Positions 30,521 through 40,357 of a stretch of 64,000 nucleotides of DNA are shown in pieces. Each line of letters begins with the position of its first letter. Position 1 is the first letter of the stretch. Source of the DNA: Candidatus Dormiibacterota bacterium (GTDB lineage Bacteria; Chloroflexota; Dormibacteria; Aeolococcales; Aeolococcaceae); NCBI GenBank assembly GCA_963718525.1, contig OY970355.1, forward strand, positions 2,240,001-2,304,000. The letters run 5' to 3'. A model generated the notes under the pieces. The model made no database searches. It saw only the letters and a list, made by a program, of their open reading frames with translations, and had not been told where the DNA came from. Made by a program: the position numbers and the translations under genes.

Positions 30521-30794
30521 AACGGGTGCGATGTTGTGGCTGGTCGGCGGCTCGGTAGGTGCACCGCGCGGACTGGTCGTTTCGTCGCGCGAGCCAGGCG
30601 CCGCACGGGTGGAGGAGCTTCTGCGCCGAGATCGCGACCGTTTGCCGGCGCCGCGGCCCTGCCCTAGTCCCATTGCACGGATGGTATGCGGCGATTCTGA
30701 CGGCGGAGTGACGATGGCCCGAGCTGAGGGTCGCCGAGCGTGCTGCTGGCCGGCCCGGGACGTTGTCCCACAGGCGCCATATCAGGCGGCTGCG

Positions 30795-31240
30795 CTACGG
30801 ACATGCCGAGATGCTCTGTCTATTAATCCAGCGTCGTAGCGCTGGGGCGAGATCTTCTGCAGGACCTCGAAAGTCCAGCCACCCAACTCCGGCCTTGTCG
30901 CGGTCGTGGTACAGATGTCCGACGGTGAGGTGCGCGCGTTGTTTCGTTGCCTCGAGATTGGCCAGATGTTGCGGCCGTGAGCACCGCGTCGGCAAGGATG
31001 GCGATCGTCCCGTCCCAGAGCGTGCCCGCCGCATAGAGAATTGTCGGGCCGTACCACCCGAGATCCGCGTACGAGTACGTATGCCGCAGATCACCGATGG
31101 CTGCCACTGCGATACCCCGCTTCTTAAGAGCTGACATTAGTCCAACCGCACCCGGGGCGAAGCACCCCTCGACGAGTGTATGTGGGCCAGGCGGCACCAC
31201 GACATCGATGCCGTCGGGCCATGGTTCAGGCGGTCCGGGA
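30795..31240 (-). pseudogene. Hypothetical protein, apparently frameshifted near 30930
   Basis: PGPPEPWPDG..GNETTRA continues in another frame as HLTVGHLYHD..WLDFRGPAEDL. Confidence 0.3.
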
Positions 31241-31241
31241 T

Positions 31242-31275
31242 GCTTCACGGTTTGGACCGCTTCACGGTTTGGACC
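31242..31275. repeat. 17-bp tandem duplication
   Basis: gcttcacggtttggacc twice. Confidence 0.9.
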
Positions 31276-32047
31276 GCATCGCACCTGCGCTTAACGAAGT
31301 GTTCAAGCACCGAGCCCACGAACACGACTCTGCCGGGGGATGGAGGGATCCAGACGCAAGGTCAGAGGCGCGATGCGCTGCAGTCGAGCGTTCGGACACT
31401 GAGCGCGTCGAGCGACTTGGAAAGGGGGATCGGGCGCCGCCGGCAACGCCAACGATAAGCCCAATCGCGAGTGCCATGCCGACCAGGGCAATGCGGATGC
31501 GCGAGCCGTTGTGCCGCAGCGCTGCGACTCCGTCTCGGGCGACTGTTTGCAGTGAGATCGGTGTGCGAAGCAGCAGGTGGAGACCAACACAGGCGCCCAT
31601 TGCCAGCACAGAAAGCACGTGCAGCTTCGCCCAGGGCTGCGCCTCACTGTGCTGCGACCACATCCATATGCCTGTTGCCATAGCGATGATCGTGCTCACA
31701 ATCAAGGCGGGAGCCAGGAGCCGTCCGACCCATTCCGGCGGACCCGCTGCGCGATACACGGCACGCCGCGCGTAGTAAGAAAGAGCGCGGTAGGTTGTGG
31801 AGCCAAGCTTCACAAGCAGGAGCGGTATGAGTGACAGCCCGGCGATGTAGTGGAGCTGCCAGTAGTTGCCGAAGACAAGGCCGCTGAGGGCAACCACCGC
31901 CAACCCCGGGAGAAGCAGCAGCCCAGCCCACGACGTCAGAGCGCGGTTTCCGAAGACTTGCATGGCGGCAGCGCCATTGCGCCGCCCCGTCTCCCACCAG
32001 ATCTGTAACGGCGACGGCAGATCGGTGTCGAGCATGGGCTCCGGCAT
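31262..32047 (-). CDS. Membrane protein, possibly cytochrome-b-like
   Basis: GNRALTSWAGLLLL; TM His in QLHYIAG, KLHVLS and GLHLLL. Confidence 0.65.
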   Translation of the reverse strand: MPEPMLDTDLPSPLQIWWETGRRNGAAAMQVFGNRALTSWAGLLLLPGLAVVALSGLVFGNYWQLHYIAGLSLIPLLLVKLGSTTYRALSYYARRAVYRAAGPPEWVGRLLAPALIVSTIIAMATGIWMWSQHSEAQPWAKLHVLSVLAMGACVGLHLLLRTPISLQTVARDGVAALRHNGSRIRIALVGMALAIGLIVGVAGGARSPFPSRSTRSVSERSTAAHRASDLASGSLHPPAESCSWARCLNTSLSAGAMRSKP

Positions 32048-32179
32048 GACCGTTCTACTTGTAGCTGGGCACCCTTACGAAATGGTGAAGGGCAATCGAC
32101 GGGCTGCTGAGACACGCTGTGCCACGGCCGCGCGACTTCATCGCAGCCCTCAGGGTGGCTGGTTGCCACCAATCGTGGC

Positions 32180-33019
32180 TCACGAGCCGTTCGGCGCTCT
32201 CGGTACGATGAGTGCCAGGGGAGACCGCGCGATGGTAGTCGCCTGCGCTGCCGTCAGGCGACCGTCGCTCACCAGACGCTGCAACACGTAGCCCATCCGC
32301 TGCACGGCAGCAGTGAGATGGCCAAACGGATCAAGCGCGCTCGGCGCCTGTACCAATCCGGCCAGCAGCGCCGCCTGGGTCCAGCTCAGCTGCAGGGGAG
32401 GAGTACCAAAGTAACCCAGGCTCGCGGCGCGAATCCCGTAGAAGCCGTGGCCGAAGTATGCGGCCCCGAGGTACATCGACAGAATCGCCGCTTTCGTGTA
32501 ATGGGTATCGAACTGCAGGGCGAGTGACACCCGGTGCATGCGGCCCCACAACCCGTCTGTCTCCGACGGGTACAAGAGGTGAGCGAGCTGAATTTCGATC
32601 GTGCTGCCACCGGCGTCGGTGCCAGTCAGATACCCCAAGAAACCACGAACGAGGTCAGGCACGTCGACGCCGTCATTAGAGTAAAAGGTGCCGTCCTCGG
32701 CTGCCACCATGGCGATTGCGATTCGCTCGGTCGGGGCGATCATTTCGGGGAGCGATCCGTGGGCGCCGTCGATCACCTCCACCACAGCGGGCGCATTGCT
32801 CACGCTTGGACCCGTAGCCAGGTTGATGGCGAAGGCAGTCGCACCAGCGATCAACACCAGGAGCACGATCCGGGCCGCGATCCACCGGCGTCGACTTTTC
32901 CGGCGCTGTGGCGCATGAGAGACGCTGGCGTCATCAGCAGCCTGTCGATCAGTCCCCGAAGTGGAAGCCAGCGGATCAGCTGGAGGAGCGTGAGTTTCTG
33001 AGGTTGTGACTATCGGCAC
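32180..33019 (-). CDS. Monofunctional peptidoglycan transglycosylase (GT51)
   Basis: AAEDGTFYSNDGVD, GGSTIEIQL, ILSMYL..YFG.G.YGI.AAS..YFG, LLAGLVQAPS. Confidence 0.88.
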   Translation of the reverse strand: MPIVTTSETHAPPADPLASTSGTDRQAADDASVSHAPQRRKSRRRWIAARIVLLVLIAGATAFAINLATGPSVSNAPAVVEVIDGAHGSLPEMIAPTERIAIAMVAAEDGTFYSNDGVDVPDLVRGFLGYLTGTDAGGSTIEIQLAHLLYPSETDGLWGRMHRVSLALQFDTHYTKAAILSMYLGAAYFGHGFYGIRAASLGYFGTPPLQLSWTQAALLAGLVQAPSALDPFGHLTAAVQRMGYVLQRLVSDGRLTAAQATTIARSPLALIVPRAPNGS

Positions 33020-33149
33020 AAGAGGATCGCCACGTCGCCGCGTCCTTTATAGCTCGGATGCGGGAGTCCGGTCGCGACATGATTTGCACGGTCCGCTCGC
33101 TGCCGAGCCCCGTCGGCGCCTTGACGTGTCCAATCCACTTCGCGGTGAC

Positions 33150-34361
33150 CTACTGTGTCTTCGCAGCGTGCGCCCACGCCACCTCGAAGCGCGCGCCGCC
33201 CCCGGGAAGATTCTCAACGTGCCAGGCGCCGTGGGTGCCCCGAACGACCGAATCGGCGATGGCGAGGCCGAGCCCCGCTCCCTCACCCCGGGAAGTGGCC
33301 CGATGGAAGCGCTCAAAGATCGTCGTCAGTTCGCCCGGGGGCACCCCTTCGCCGTCATTTGACACGGCGAGTCGCACTCCCTGGCGGTCAGTCTGGCGAA
33401 CCTGCACGTGCACACACCCACCGACGCGAGCATGGCGGCACGCGTTATCGATGAGGACAGCCGCCAACCGATGCACCCACTCGGGTGGCGCCGCTATGAG
33501 CACAGGCGTCGAAGGTACGTCCACGTCGATCTGCACCATGCGCTGCTTCGCGATCGCCGTAAAGCGATCCGCAGCGACGGTGGCCAGCGTCGCCAGGTCG
33601 AGTGTTTCCGACTCAGGACGCGATGGTTCCGCGTCCGAGCGCGCCAACCACAGCAGGTCCTCGATGATGCTCCGCATCCGCACGCCCTCGGTGGCGACAC
33701 GACCGAGTGCCGAGCGCAGATCGTTGTCATCTCCTGAAAGACCGAGGCTGGACTCGGCTTGGATCACGCTCAGCGGGGTCCTCAATTCATGCGAGGCGTC
33801 AGCGGTGAAGGCCAGTTGGCGCTGTCGCATACGTTCAATGGGACCGGCGACGCGCCGACCAACCAGCAAGGCACCAATGAAAACAAGGAGGAGCAGCAGC
33901 GGTCCGATGATCAGTTCCGAGACCACGAGGTTACTCATTGCGCGCGACGTCTCGGACAGGCTGGCCGCTACCACCACGCGTTCACCGTGAGGGACCGTCA
34001 TTCCCTCCAGCCGGAAGTTCGTGCCATTGACACGGCCCTCGGTGAACGCCCTTGTGGTGCGCAGATTAGTCGGTAGAGCAGGTGTGCCGACCGTCGAGGT
34101 CGTGGTGCCATTGGATCGAATCACCCACGCCAGGATTGGCTCATCGAAGTCGTGGTCGGTCGATGTCGCTAGGGCGGGGGCTACCAGACTGCCACCGAAG
34201 GTGGCGAGGCGTCCCTCGAGGCGCTGATCGACACCATCGATGAGGCTGTGCTCCACGAGGAGATCCGTCGCGGTCAGGACGGCGGCAAGCATAGCGGCCA
34301 TGAGACATGTGGCAATCGCAGCTGTGCGGATGGCGCGACTGCGCAGGGGTGCGGTGCTCAT
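33150..34361 (-). CDS. Sensor histidine kinase
   Basis: Two TM; ADASHELRTPL, LIDNACRH, IFERFHR, GAGLGLAI. Confidence 0.93.
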   Translation of the reverse strand: MSTAPLRSRAIRTAAIATCLMAAMLAAVLTATDLLVEHSLIDGVDQRLEGRLATFGGSLVAPALATSTDHDFDEPILAWVIRSNGTTTSTVGTPALPTNLRTTRAFTEGRVNGTNFRLEGMTVPHGERVVVAASLSETSRAMSNLVVSELIIGPLLLLLVFIGALLVGRRVAGPIERMRQRQLAFTADASHELRTPLSVIQAESSLGLSGDDNDLRSALGRVATEGVRMRSIIEDLLWLARSDAEPSRPESETLDLATLATVAADRFTAIAKQRMVQIDVDVPSTPVLIAAPPEWVHRLAAVLIDNACRHARVGGCVHVQVRQTDRQGVRLAVSNDGEGVPPGELTTIFERFHRATSRGEGAGLGLAIADSVVRGTHGAWHVENLPGGGARFEVAWAHAAKTQ

Positions 34362-35023
34362 GACTCAACGAGCCGATACCCGGCTCCACGTACCGCCAGG
34401 ATGTGCACCGTCGATCCCCCCGCCATCTTGGCGCGGAGGCGAGCGACGTGGACGTCAATGGCGTTCCAGGTTGGGTCGCCCTCAGGCCACACCTGGTCAA
34501 TGATTCCCTGCCGCGAGACGACGGTGCCGGCCCTGCGCAGCAACAGTTCGAGAATCCCATACTCCCGCGGCGTCAGGCCCAGATCGCGATCGCCAATCCG
34601 CACGTTGCGAGTCGCTGGGTCCAGCGCCAGGTTGCCGAGGCGTAGCACCGCCGAACCGCCCTCGCTACCACGGCGAAGCAGCGCCCGCAGGCGAGCGAGC
34701 AGCTCGCTGAAGTCGAAGGGCTTGACGACGTAGTCGTCGGCACCTGCATCCAGACCGCGAACGCGATCCGCTGGGGCGTCATGGGCGGTGAGCAAGAGAA
34801 TGGGTAGCGTTGGCCGCCGCTGACGGACGGCTGCGATCACCTCGATACCATTGAGGCCCGGCATGCGCCAATCGAGCACGGCAGCCGCATATTCGTTGAC
34901 CATGAGCAGATGCAGCGCGTCGTCGCCGCGCGCGGCGGTGTCGACAACGTACCCGTTTTGACGGAGCCCACGAGTCAGCACTGACAGCAGCGGCGCATCG
35001 TCCTCAGCGATCAATACGCGCAT
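34358..35023 (-). CDS. OmpR-family response regulator
   Basis: MRVLIAEDD, LDWRMP, GADDYVVKPF, IDVHVARLRAK, VRGAGY. Confidence 0.95.
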   Translation of the reverse strand: MRVLIAEDDAPLLSVLTRGLRQNGYVVDTAARGDDALHLLMVNEYAAAVLDWRMPGLNGIEVIAAVRQRRPTLPILLLTAHDAPADRVRGLDAGADDYVVKPFDFSELLARLRALLRRGSEGGSAVLRLGNLALDPATRNVRIGDRDLGLTPREYGILELLLRRAGTVVSRQGIIDQVWPEGDPTWNAIDVHVARLRAKMAGGSTVHILAVRGAGYRLVES

Positions 35024-35401
35024 GGACGTTTGGCTCCCGTCGAGCCGAGTGGGCCGGCCATCGTCCCCAGTCCGGGGGCGACGAACGCCGCCTCTACCAA
35101 GATGCGGATTCGTAGGAGGGCTCGGGCGACAATAGGGGAGGCGGTGAGCGACCGGGGGGGTGGGAGAGCGCCGTGTGACGATGACCGGCGCCCAGAGAGA
35201 CGAGGCCTCTGGCGCTTGGCGGGACCTGGCATCGTTGCTGGATCCTACGAGACCCGCATTAAGGAATCCTGACGACGAGGCTTGTGGCTCCAACTCGAAC
35301 CTCAGTTGCGATGGCGCGCACTCGAGTATGTCCTCGCAACGTTCAGGGTTTCCACACGAGATTCGGTAGCCATGCATGACGCATCGCATCAAGCGTCCCG
35401 T

Positions 35402-36532
35402 TCACGATGGTCGGTAGTCGAGACCGTCGGGACGGACGAGGTGGTAGGCGGCGTTGCCGCTCCATTCCCAGACGACGCGCGAGGTAGTGGGGTCGACAAT
35501 GATGATGCGGTTGCCGAAGTCGTCGCAGATCGCGATCCGGTTGCTCGCCAGCGGGATGGCGATCGAGGGGTGGTTCAGCTGACCGGCCCCGCTCGGGGCG
35601 TAGCGCCAGAGCACCGTACCGTCGGCGGCGACCCGCAGGACGGCGCCGAACGACGAGTAGTCGGTGAGCAGCACCGAACCGTCCGGCAGTGCCATGGCAT
35701 CTGACGGATACGCTGCCGGCACACGGTGGCTCCAGCGCACGCTGCCGCTGGGGTTGAGCCAGGTGACCCAACTGCCGCTGATCTCGGTGACGACCAGCGA
35801 TCCATTGGTCGTAGGGAACGCCCCATTCGGCTCTGAGAACTGCCATGGGGGGTTATGCGAGCAGCCATGTCCGCCGAGCATTCCGATCAGCGCACCGGTC
35901 GCCCCGTTGAGATGGAGAAGGCGGCAGTTATTGATGTCGGCCATCCACACGGTTCCATCGGCCGCGGGCACCGCATCATCGGGGTTGTTGAAGTGCGTGA
36001 GGTTGTCGCCGCGACGCAGGTAGCTCCCGATCTGCCACAGGACCGCGCTTGTGAGCCGATCCACCGCCAGTGCACCCTGGCCATACTCGGAGTTGGCGAC
36101 GATGGCCGTGCATCCAGTCGTGTAGAACGCGTCGTCGGGCGCACCGAGTGGGTGCGCCAGCGGCGGTGAGCCTGTCGATAGGGTCCAGGTGACGGTGCCA
36201 CTCGGGGTGATCTCGAGGATCCGGCTCTTGCCGCTGCTCTCGGCAATGAGCAGGTGGCCGGTGAAGGGAACGTCCGGGGGCAACGCGGGCAAGGCCGCGC
36301 CCTGCCCCGGGAGCAGGCATACGAGAGGAGCCGGAATTGGCGCGGTCTTCACCGCCGGAGCGGTAGTCACCGGCACGGTAGCCACCGGCACGAGTAGCGG
36401 CGCCGACGAGCATGCCGCGACCAACATCGCCACGGTGACCGACAGGTAGCTTATTCGCGCGCGGACGGTGCTCACTGCCGACAACGGCGCCAGACAAGGC
36501 CTGCCCCTCGCAACGAGCAGAAGCCGTCGCAA
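35402..36532 (-). CDS. Beta-propeller lipoprotein (NHL/PQQ-like repeats), module C
   Basis: LVAAC lipobox; PDDA, PDDA, PNGA, PSDA, HPSIA and RPDG repeats; start uncertain. Confidence 0.75.
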   Translation of the reverse strand: MRRLLLVARGRPCLAPLSAVSTVRARISYLSVTVAMLVAACSSAPLLVPVATVPVTTAPAVKTAPIPAPLVCLLPGQGAALPALPPDVPFTGHLLIAESSGKSRILEITPSGTVTWTLSTGSPPLAHPLGAPDDAFYTTGCTAIVANSEYGQGALAVDRLTSAVLWQIGSYLRRGDNLTHFNNPDDAVPAADGTVWMADINNCRLLHLNGATGALIGMLGGHGCSHNPPWQFSEPNGAFPTTNGSLVVTEISGSWVTWLNPSGSVRWSHRVPAAYPSDAMALPDGSVLLTDYSSFGAVLRVAADGTVLWRYAPSGAGQLNHPSIAIPLASNRIAICDDFGNRIIIVDPTTSRVVWEWSGNAAYHLVRPDGLDYRPS

Positions 36533-36547
36533 GCGCGGACCGTCAGC

Positions 36548-36757
36548 TCAACGCTCGTCAGTGTCATCCACCAGCCGCAACGCCATGGTTGGACACTCCG
36601 CAACGGCGCGCCGAGCGTGTTCGAGAAGTCCGACGCCCAGCGGTCGGTGGTCCATGATCGGATACCCCCACTCGTCAAGGCGCACGTTCTCCGGCAACAG
36701 CTCGGCGCACACGCCGAAGCCCCGACAGGCGATGGGGTTGATCGCCAGCCGGGTCAT
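36548..36757 (-). CDS. Ferredoxin, module C
   Basis: INPIACRGFGVCAELLPE..LDEWGYP..AVAECPTMAL. Confidence 0.88.
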   Translation of the reverse strand: MTRLAINPIACRGFGVCAELLPENVRLDEWGYPIMDHRPLGVGLLEHARRAVAECPTMALRLVDDTDER

Positions 36758-37986
36758 CGCCACCCTCCGCGTGATGATGGGATGGGCAGCAGCGCTGGCG
36801 CTGGGCAGGTCCTGCATGGGCCGTTGTGCACGTGCGCCCCAACCTCAGGTTCGAACACCGTCAGTAAACTCTGGACGAGCAGCGCAGCGCCGTCGGGATG
36901 GCGGCAGGCGCCCCGACCCATGAGCTCCCGGCTGCGGCGTTGCAGCAGATCAATGCGAGGGCGCGCACGGCGACGCGATGTCAGGGCGGTGAGGGCTTCC
37001 GCAATCGCTGGAAGGGCATTGACGCAGGGACCACATTGTTTTGCGCTCTCACCAGCCAGATACGTAACGATGCGGGCGGTTTCGGCAATCGGGCAGTGCT
37101 CGCTGTCGACCACGGCAAAGACACCTGCTCCCATGGGTACGTCCGTGCCGAAACCCAAGTTCCAGCATGTCTCAGCTCGAAGCCAGCGTCCGAAATAGCC
37201 CCCGGCCAGGACGGCAACCGGTGTACCAGTGACCCCATCTGCTGCTTGGACGAGCGCGCCCAAAGGAGTACCTATCACGACTTCGGTGACGCCGCCCACG
37301 ACAACGGCCCCGCTGATGGTGACTAGGGCCAGGCTGGCGCTGTCGAGATCGCGGGCGATCAGCCCAATCCGGGCCAGCGTTTCCACGTTGTGGACGAGGG
37401 TCGGCCTGCCCCATGCGCCCCTGGCGAAGGGGAACGGCGGCGCATAGGTGGGGCGGGCCGGCTTGCCTTCAATGCGCGCGATCACAGCTGTCTCCTGACC
37501 AGCTACGTACCGCGGGGGGGCGGCCACCAACGTTGGTCTCATTTCGCCCTCGAGCTGCTGGACCCGCTCGTTGAGCGCGTCGGTGATCACACGAAGGGTG
37601 TCCCGATCGCCATGCGGAACATAGACAAACGTGTCGGTTGCGCCCACCGCCTCGGCGGCGAGTCGAAGCCCATCGAGTACGAGGTGTGGTCGTATCCGGA
37701 GCAGCAGGCGATCCTTGCTGGAGCAGGGTTCGCCCTCCGAGCCGTTGGCGATCACCACCGCTGGCAGGCCCTTCGCGGCGTGACCGGCGACAGCCCTCCA
37801 CTTGCGCGCTGTGGGGAAGCCGGCGCCGCCACGCCCTCGCAAGTCGGCTCGTTCGAGTGCGCTAATCGTCCGCCACCGATCAGCCGGTGGGCGGCCAAAC
37901 CGTCGGAGATGGCTCTGCAGGGTCTCAGTATCGTCAGTCACCGGCCCAGCGAGCAGCGCACCGATCGGTGGCGCAGCGGTGATCAC
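36754..37986 (-). CDS. NuoF-like protein, module C
   Basis: LRGRGGAGFP, NGSEGEP, YVAGQETA, ESAKQCGPC, GRGACRHPDG. Confidence 0.88.
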   Translation of the reverse strand: MITAAPPIGALLAGPVTDDTETLQSHLRRFGRPPADRWRTISALERADLRGRGGAGFPTARKWRAVAGHAAKGLPAVVIANGSEGEPCSSKDRLLLRIRPHLVLDGLRLAAEAVGATDTFVYVPHGDRDTLRVITDALNERVQQLEGEMRPTLVAAPPRYVAGQETAVIARIEGKPARPTYAPPFPFARGAWGRPTLVHNVETLARIGLIARDLDSASLALVTISGAVVVGGVTEVVIGTPLGALVQAADGVTGTPVAVLAGGYFGRWLRAETCWNLGFGTDVPMGAGVFAVVDSEHCPIAETARIVTYLAGESAKQCGPCVNALPAIAEALTALTSRRRARPRIDLLQRRSRELMGRGACRHPDGAALLVQSLLTVFEPEVGAHVHNGPCRTCPAPALLPIPSSRGGWR

Positions 37987-39017
37987 GAGGTTACGGCTGC
38001 GGTGGTCAGTGTGCCCCGAATGCCGCCATCGTCAGAAGAACCCAACTCAAGATTTACCTGGGTCGCCCCACAGACGGCGGCCACCGCCTGACCATTGAAC
38101 GTTGCGGCTGTTGAACAGACGATGGAGGTGCCCTGCATAACTCTGAGTTGGATCGGGCTGCCCACCTCGGCGGAGACGTTGAGGGTGATCTGCAGGTTCT
38201 GGGTGCCCTCTTCGACCAATGTGATCGTGCCTGACCCATCACTGTTCTGGACACCCGTCCCTCGGAGGCGAATCGCTAGTCCGACGGGCAACGAGGCCAA
38301 GCTCGATCCTGAGCCGGTTGACGGCGGCGCAGAGGACGATGCGCCCTGGCCCGCCAGGAGGCCCGTCGGCGTGCCAGCTGCGCGTGCCCAGCCCGACTGC
38401 ATCGGACCCGTGACGGTCCAGATTCCCAGCGCGGTTGATCCCACGGCGGTCAGGATGCCGGCCAGCGCTCGGACGGCGACCCACCGCAGCGGACCAGCCG
38501 CCAGCCGCATCGCGATGGCGATGACAACGGCACCAAGGCAGCCCGCGTCGAAGAAGAGTGCCCACCAAACTCGGGCGTCAGTCCCGGTTCCGAGTCCATG
38601 CACAATCGCGATCGGCCAACTGGCGTAGGCGAGCCAATGAATGGCCCGCCAGGTACGGAAGCCGAGCTTCGCGCGCAACAGGCTGGTGAGCACCAGAGCT
38701 GCGATCAACTCCGAGGCCACGACGCCCAATCCAAGCCACAACGTTCGGTACGCGGAGGTGAACGGGATGAGGGCATCGCTGAGGCCCAGATGGGCAAAGG
38801 GATCCAGAACGGCAGTCGCCACGTGGAGGACGATGAACACCACTGCGGTCAGGGACAGAAATCTGTGCATGGCCTGGGAGAGGAACACCGGCCAGTCCGG
38901 CGATGCCCAGCGCGCGCTGAGAAGGACCCCGAGAACCACGACGGCGGTCAAGAGCAGCAGGGACACCATGCCGGAGCCCCGGGTCACGTACCAGAGCACA
39001 CTTGGATTCGAAGCCAT
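37983..39017 (-). CDS. Ferric-reductase-like membrane cytochrome with a C-terminal extracytoplasmic domain, module C
   Basis: LWYVTRGSG, MHRF, VLHVA, WRAIHWLAY, IVHGLGTGTD. Confidence 0.87.
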   Translation of the reverse strand: MASNPSVLWYVTRGSGMVSLLLLTAVVVLGVLLSARWASPDWPVFLSQAMHRFLSLTAVVFIVLHVATAVLDPFAHLGLSDALIPFTSAYRTLWLGLGVVASELIAALVLTSLLRAKLGFRTWRAIHWLAYASWPIAIVHGLGTGTDARVWWALFFDAGCLGAVVIAIAMRLAAGPLRWVAVRALAGILTAVGSTALGIWTVTGPMQSGWARAAGTPTGLLAGQGASSSAPPSTGSGSSLASLPVGLAIRLRGTGVQNSDGSGTITLVEEGTQNLQITLNVSAEVGSPIQLRVMQGTSIVCSTAATFNGQAVAAVCGATQVNLELGSSDDGGIRGTLTTAAVTS

Positions 39018-39030
39018 CAGACGGTCGGCA

Positions 39031-39315
39031 TCACGAGCCGCCGGAGACGACGATCGGCGCCGAACCGTTCTGGCCGCCGAGGCCGCCTTGATCAGGGGGC
39101 TGGAGTGGCTGCAAGCCTGACTGTGACGCCACGCCGACGCCAGACCCCGGACCGGTGGCGCTCGACCCAGTCGCTCGACCAGGGATGCTGCTGGCGGCGA
39201 ACAGAGCGAGCACCGCTGTGGCGACGGCGGCGCCAAATGCACACCACGTGCGCAGTTCTTTCGCTCGGGCCAGACCGCGGTCGCGCTGTGCGCGGCGCGC
39301 GTGCTGCTCGGACAT
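39031..39315 (-). CDS. Small single-TM protein ending in SGGS, module C
   Basis: RRAQRDRGLARAK, TM, linker, APIVVSGGS-stop; 13 bp upstream of the cytochrome gene. Confidence 0.75.
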   Translation of the reverse strand: MSEQHARRAQRDRGLARAKELRTWCAFGAAVATAVLALFAASSIPGRATGSSATGPGSGVGVASQSGLQPLQPPDQGGLGGQNGSAPIVVSGGS

Positions 39316-39901
39316 ACGCCCAGGGTATGAACCGTCCCTGTCGGTTTTCTGACGTTCCGCGGGCGGGTGTGATTCGGAGCCGGAATCTTCACAGTGGGCG
39401 AGCCGCACACAATCGACTGCGTCGACGCCGATTCCTAAAGTGCGGCCCTGGGGTCGCGGTTCAGGTCAAGTGGCCAGGGCGGCCAGCCCCTCGACGGCAC
39501 GGTCTCAGTCGCTCGTGTACCGCGCTGCCACGGCTCGACGGCTTCGCGCGCCAGTAACCCACTGTGGCGCTCACGGCTGCAGCGCGGCAGGAGTGCATCG
39601 CGACTTTGATCGAGCCACAAGGCACGGCGTCCGTTTGCGTTGATTGCTTCGGCGAGTCACGTCGGGGCCATCGACGCCATGGGGCGGGACCAACGTACCG
39701 CGACTATGCCGAGGCAGACTGGTTCGCATCGGATCGGCGATCACATCGATGAGGTCGCAGCGGGAGCGCTCGAACTGTTTGCACAACGTTTGGAGTCACC
39801 CGTTTGCGTTCCAAGACGATGGGGCGGGTGGACCGTATCCGATTATCTGTGAAGGCTGCTCTTGCAGTGCGATCGAGATATACCCCAACCTGAGGGCGAT
39901 T

Positions 39902-40357
39902 TCATTCATGTGGATGGAGCATGGGCGTAATGAACAGGATGGTCGCGTAGCAGAGAACGGCAACTCCGGTCGCAAGAGCCATGACGAGAGAAGCTCCGTT
40001 GCCCATGTCGCCGACAAACCGACCGCCGGAAACCCATGCCAGGAGGATTGCGCTCAGGGCGATCGTTGCGATCGCTACTAAGGTCAGCTGACGGGCAAGC
40101 GATGCTCGGACGACCACAGAGACCCCGGTGACGATAAGCAGTGTGCCGAGGAGGGCGTGCAGGATGAGCACCAGGGGGCCACCTGTCACGGACGCGCCGA
40201 ACGCTGCGACGAGCCCTTTGCCGTGATCTGATGCAGGCACCTCGGCGTAGAGGTTGACACCTACGCCGAGACCAAACTCGATGAGCAGCATGACGGTGGC
40301 GGCGAATGAATTCGCACGCAAGCCCGTGATCCTCTTGACGCCGGCGGAGCCGGTCAT
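39902..40357 (-). CDS. 4-TM membrane protein
   Basis: EFGLGVGVNLY, LHALLG; ATGA overlap with the SDR gene. Confidence 0.7.
   Translation of the reverse strand: MTGSAGVKRITGLRANSFAATVMLLIEFGLGVGVNLYAEVPASDHGKGLVAAFGASVTGGPLVLILHALLGTLLIVTGVSVVVRASLARQLTLVAIATIALSAILLAWVSGGRFVGDMGNGASLVMALATGVAVLCYATILFITPMLHPHE

Noticed and set aside
19052-30667. Long antisense or alternate-frame ORFs (e.g. 19052-20470, 21007-22500, 29258-30667)
   Set aside because: Shadow ORFs typical of high-GC DNA, overlapping well-supported genes and lacking motifs.
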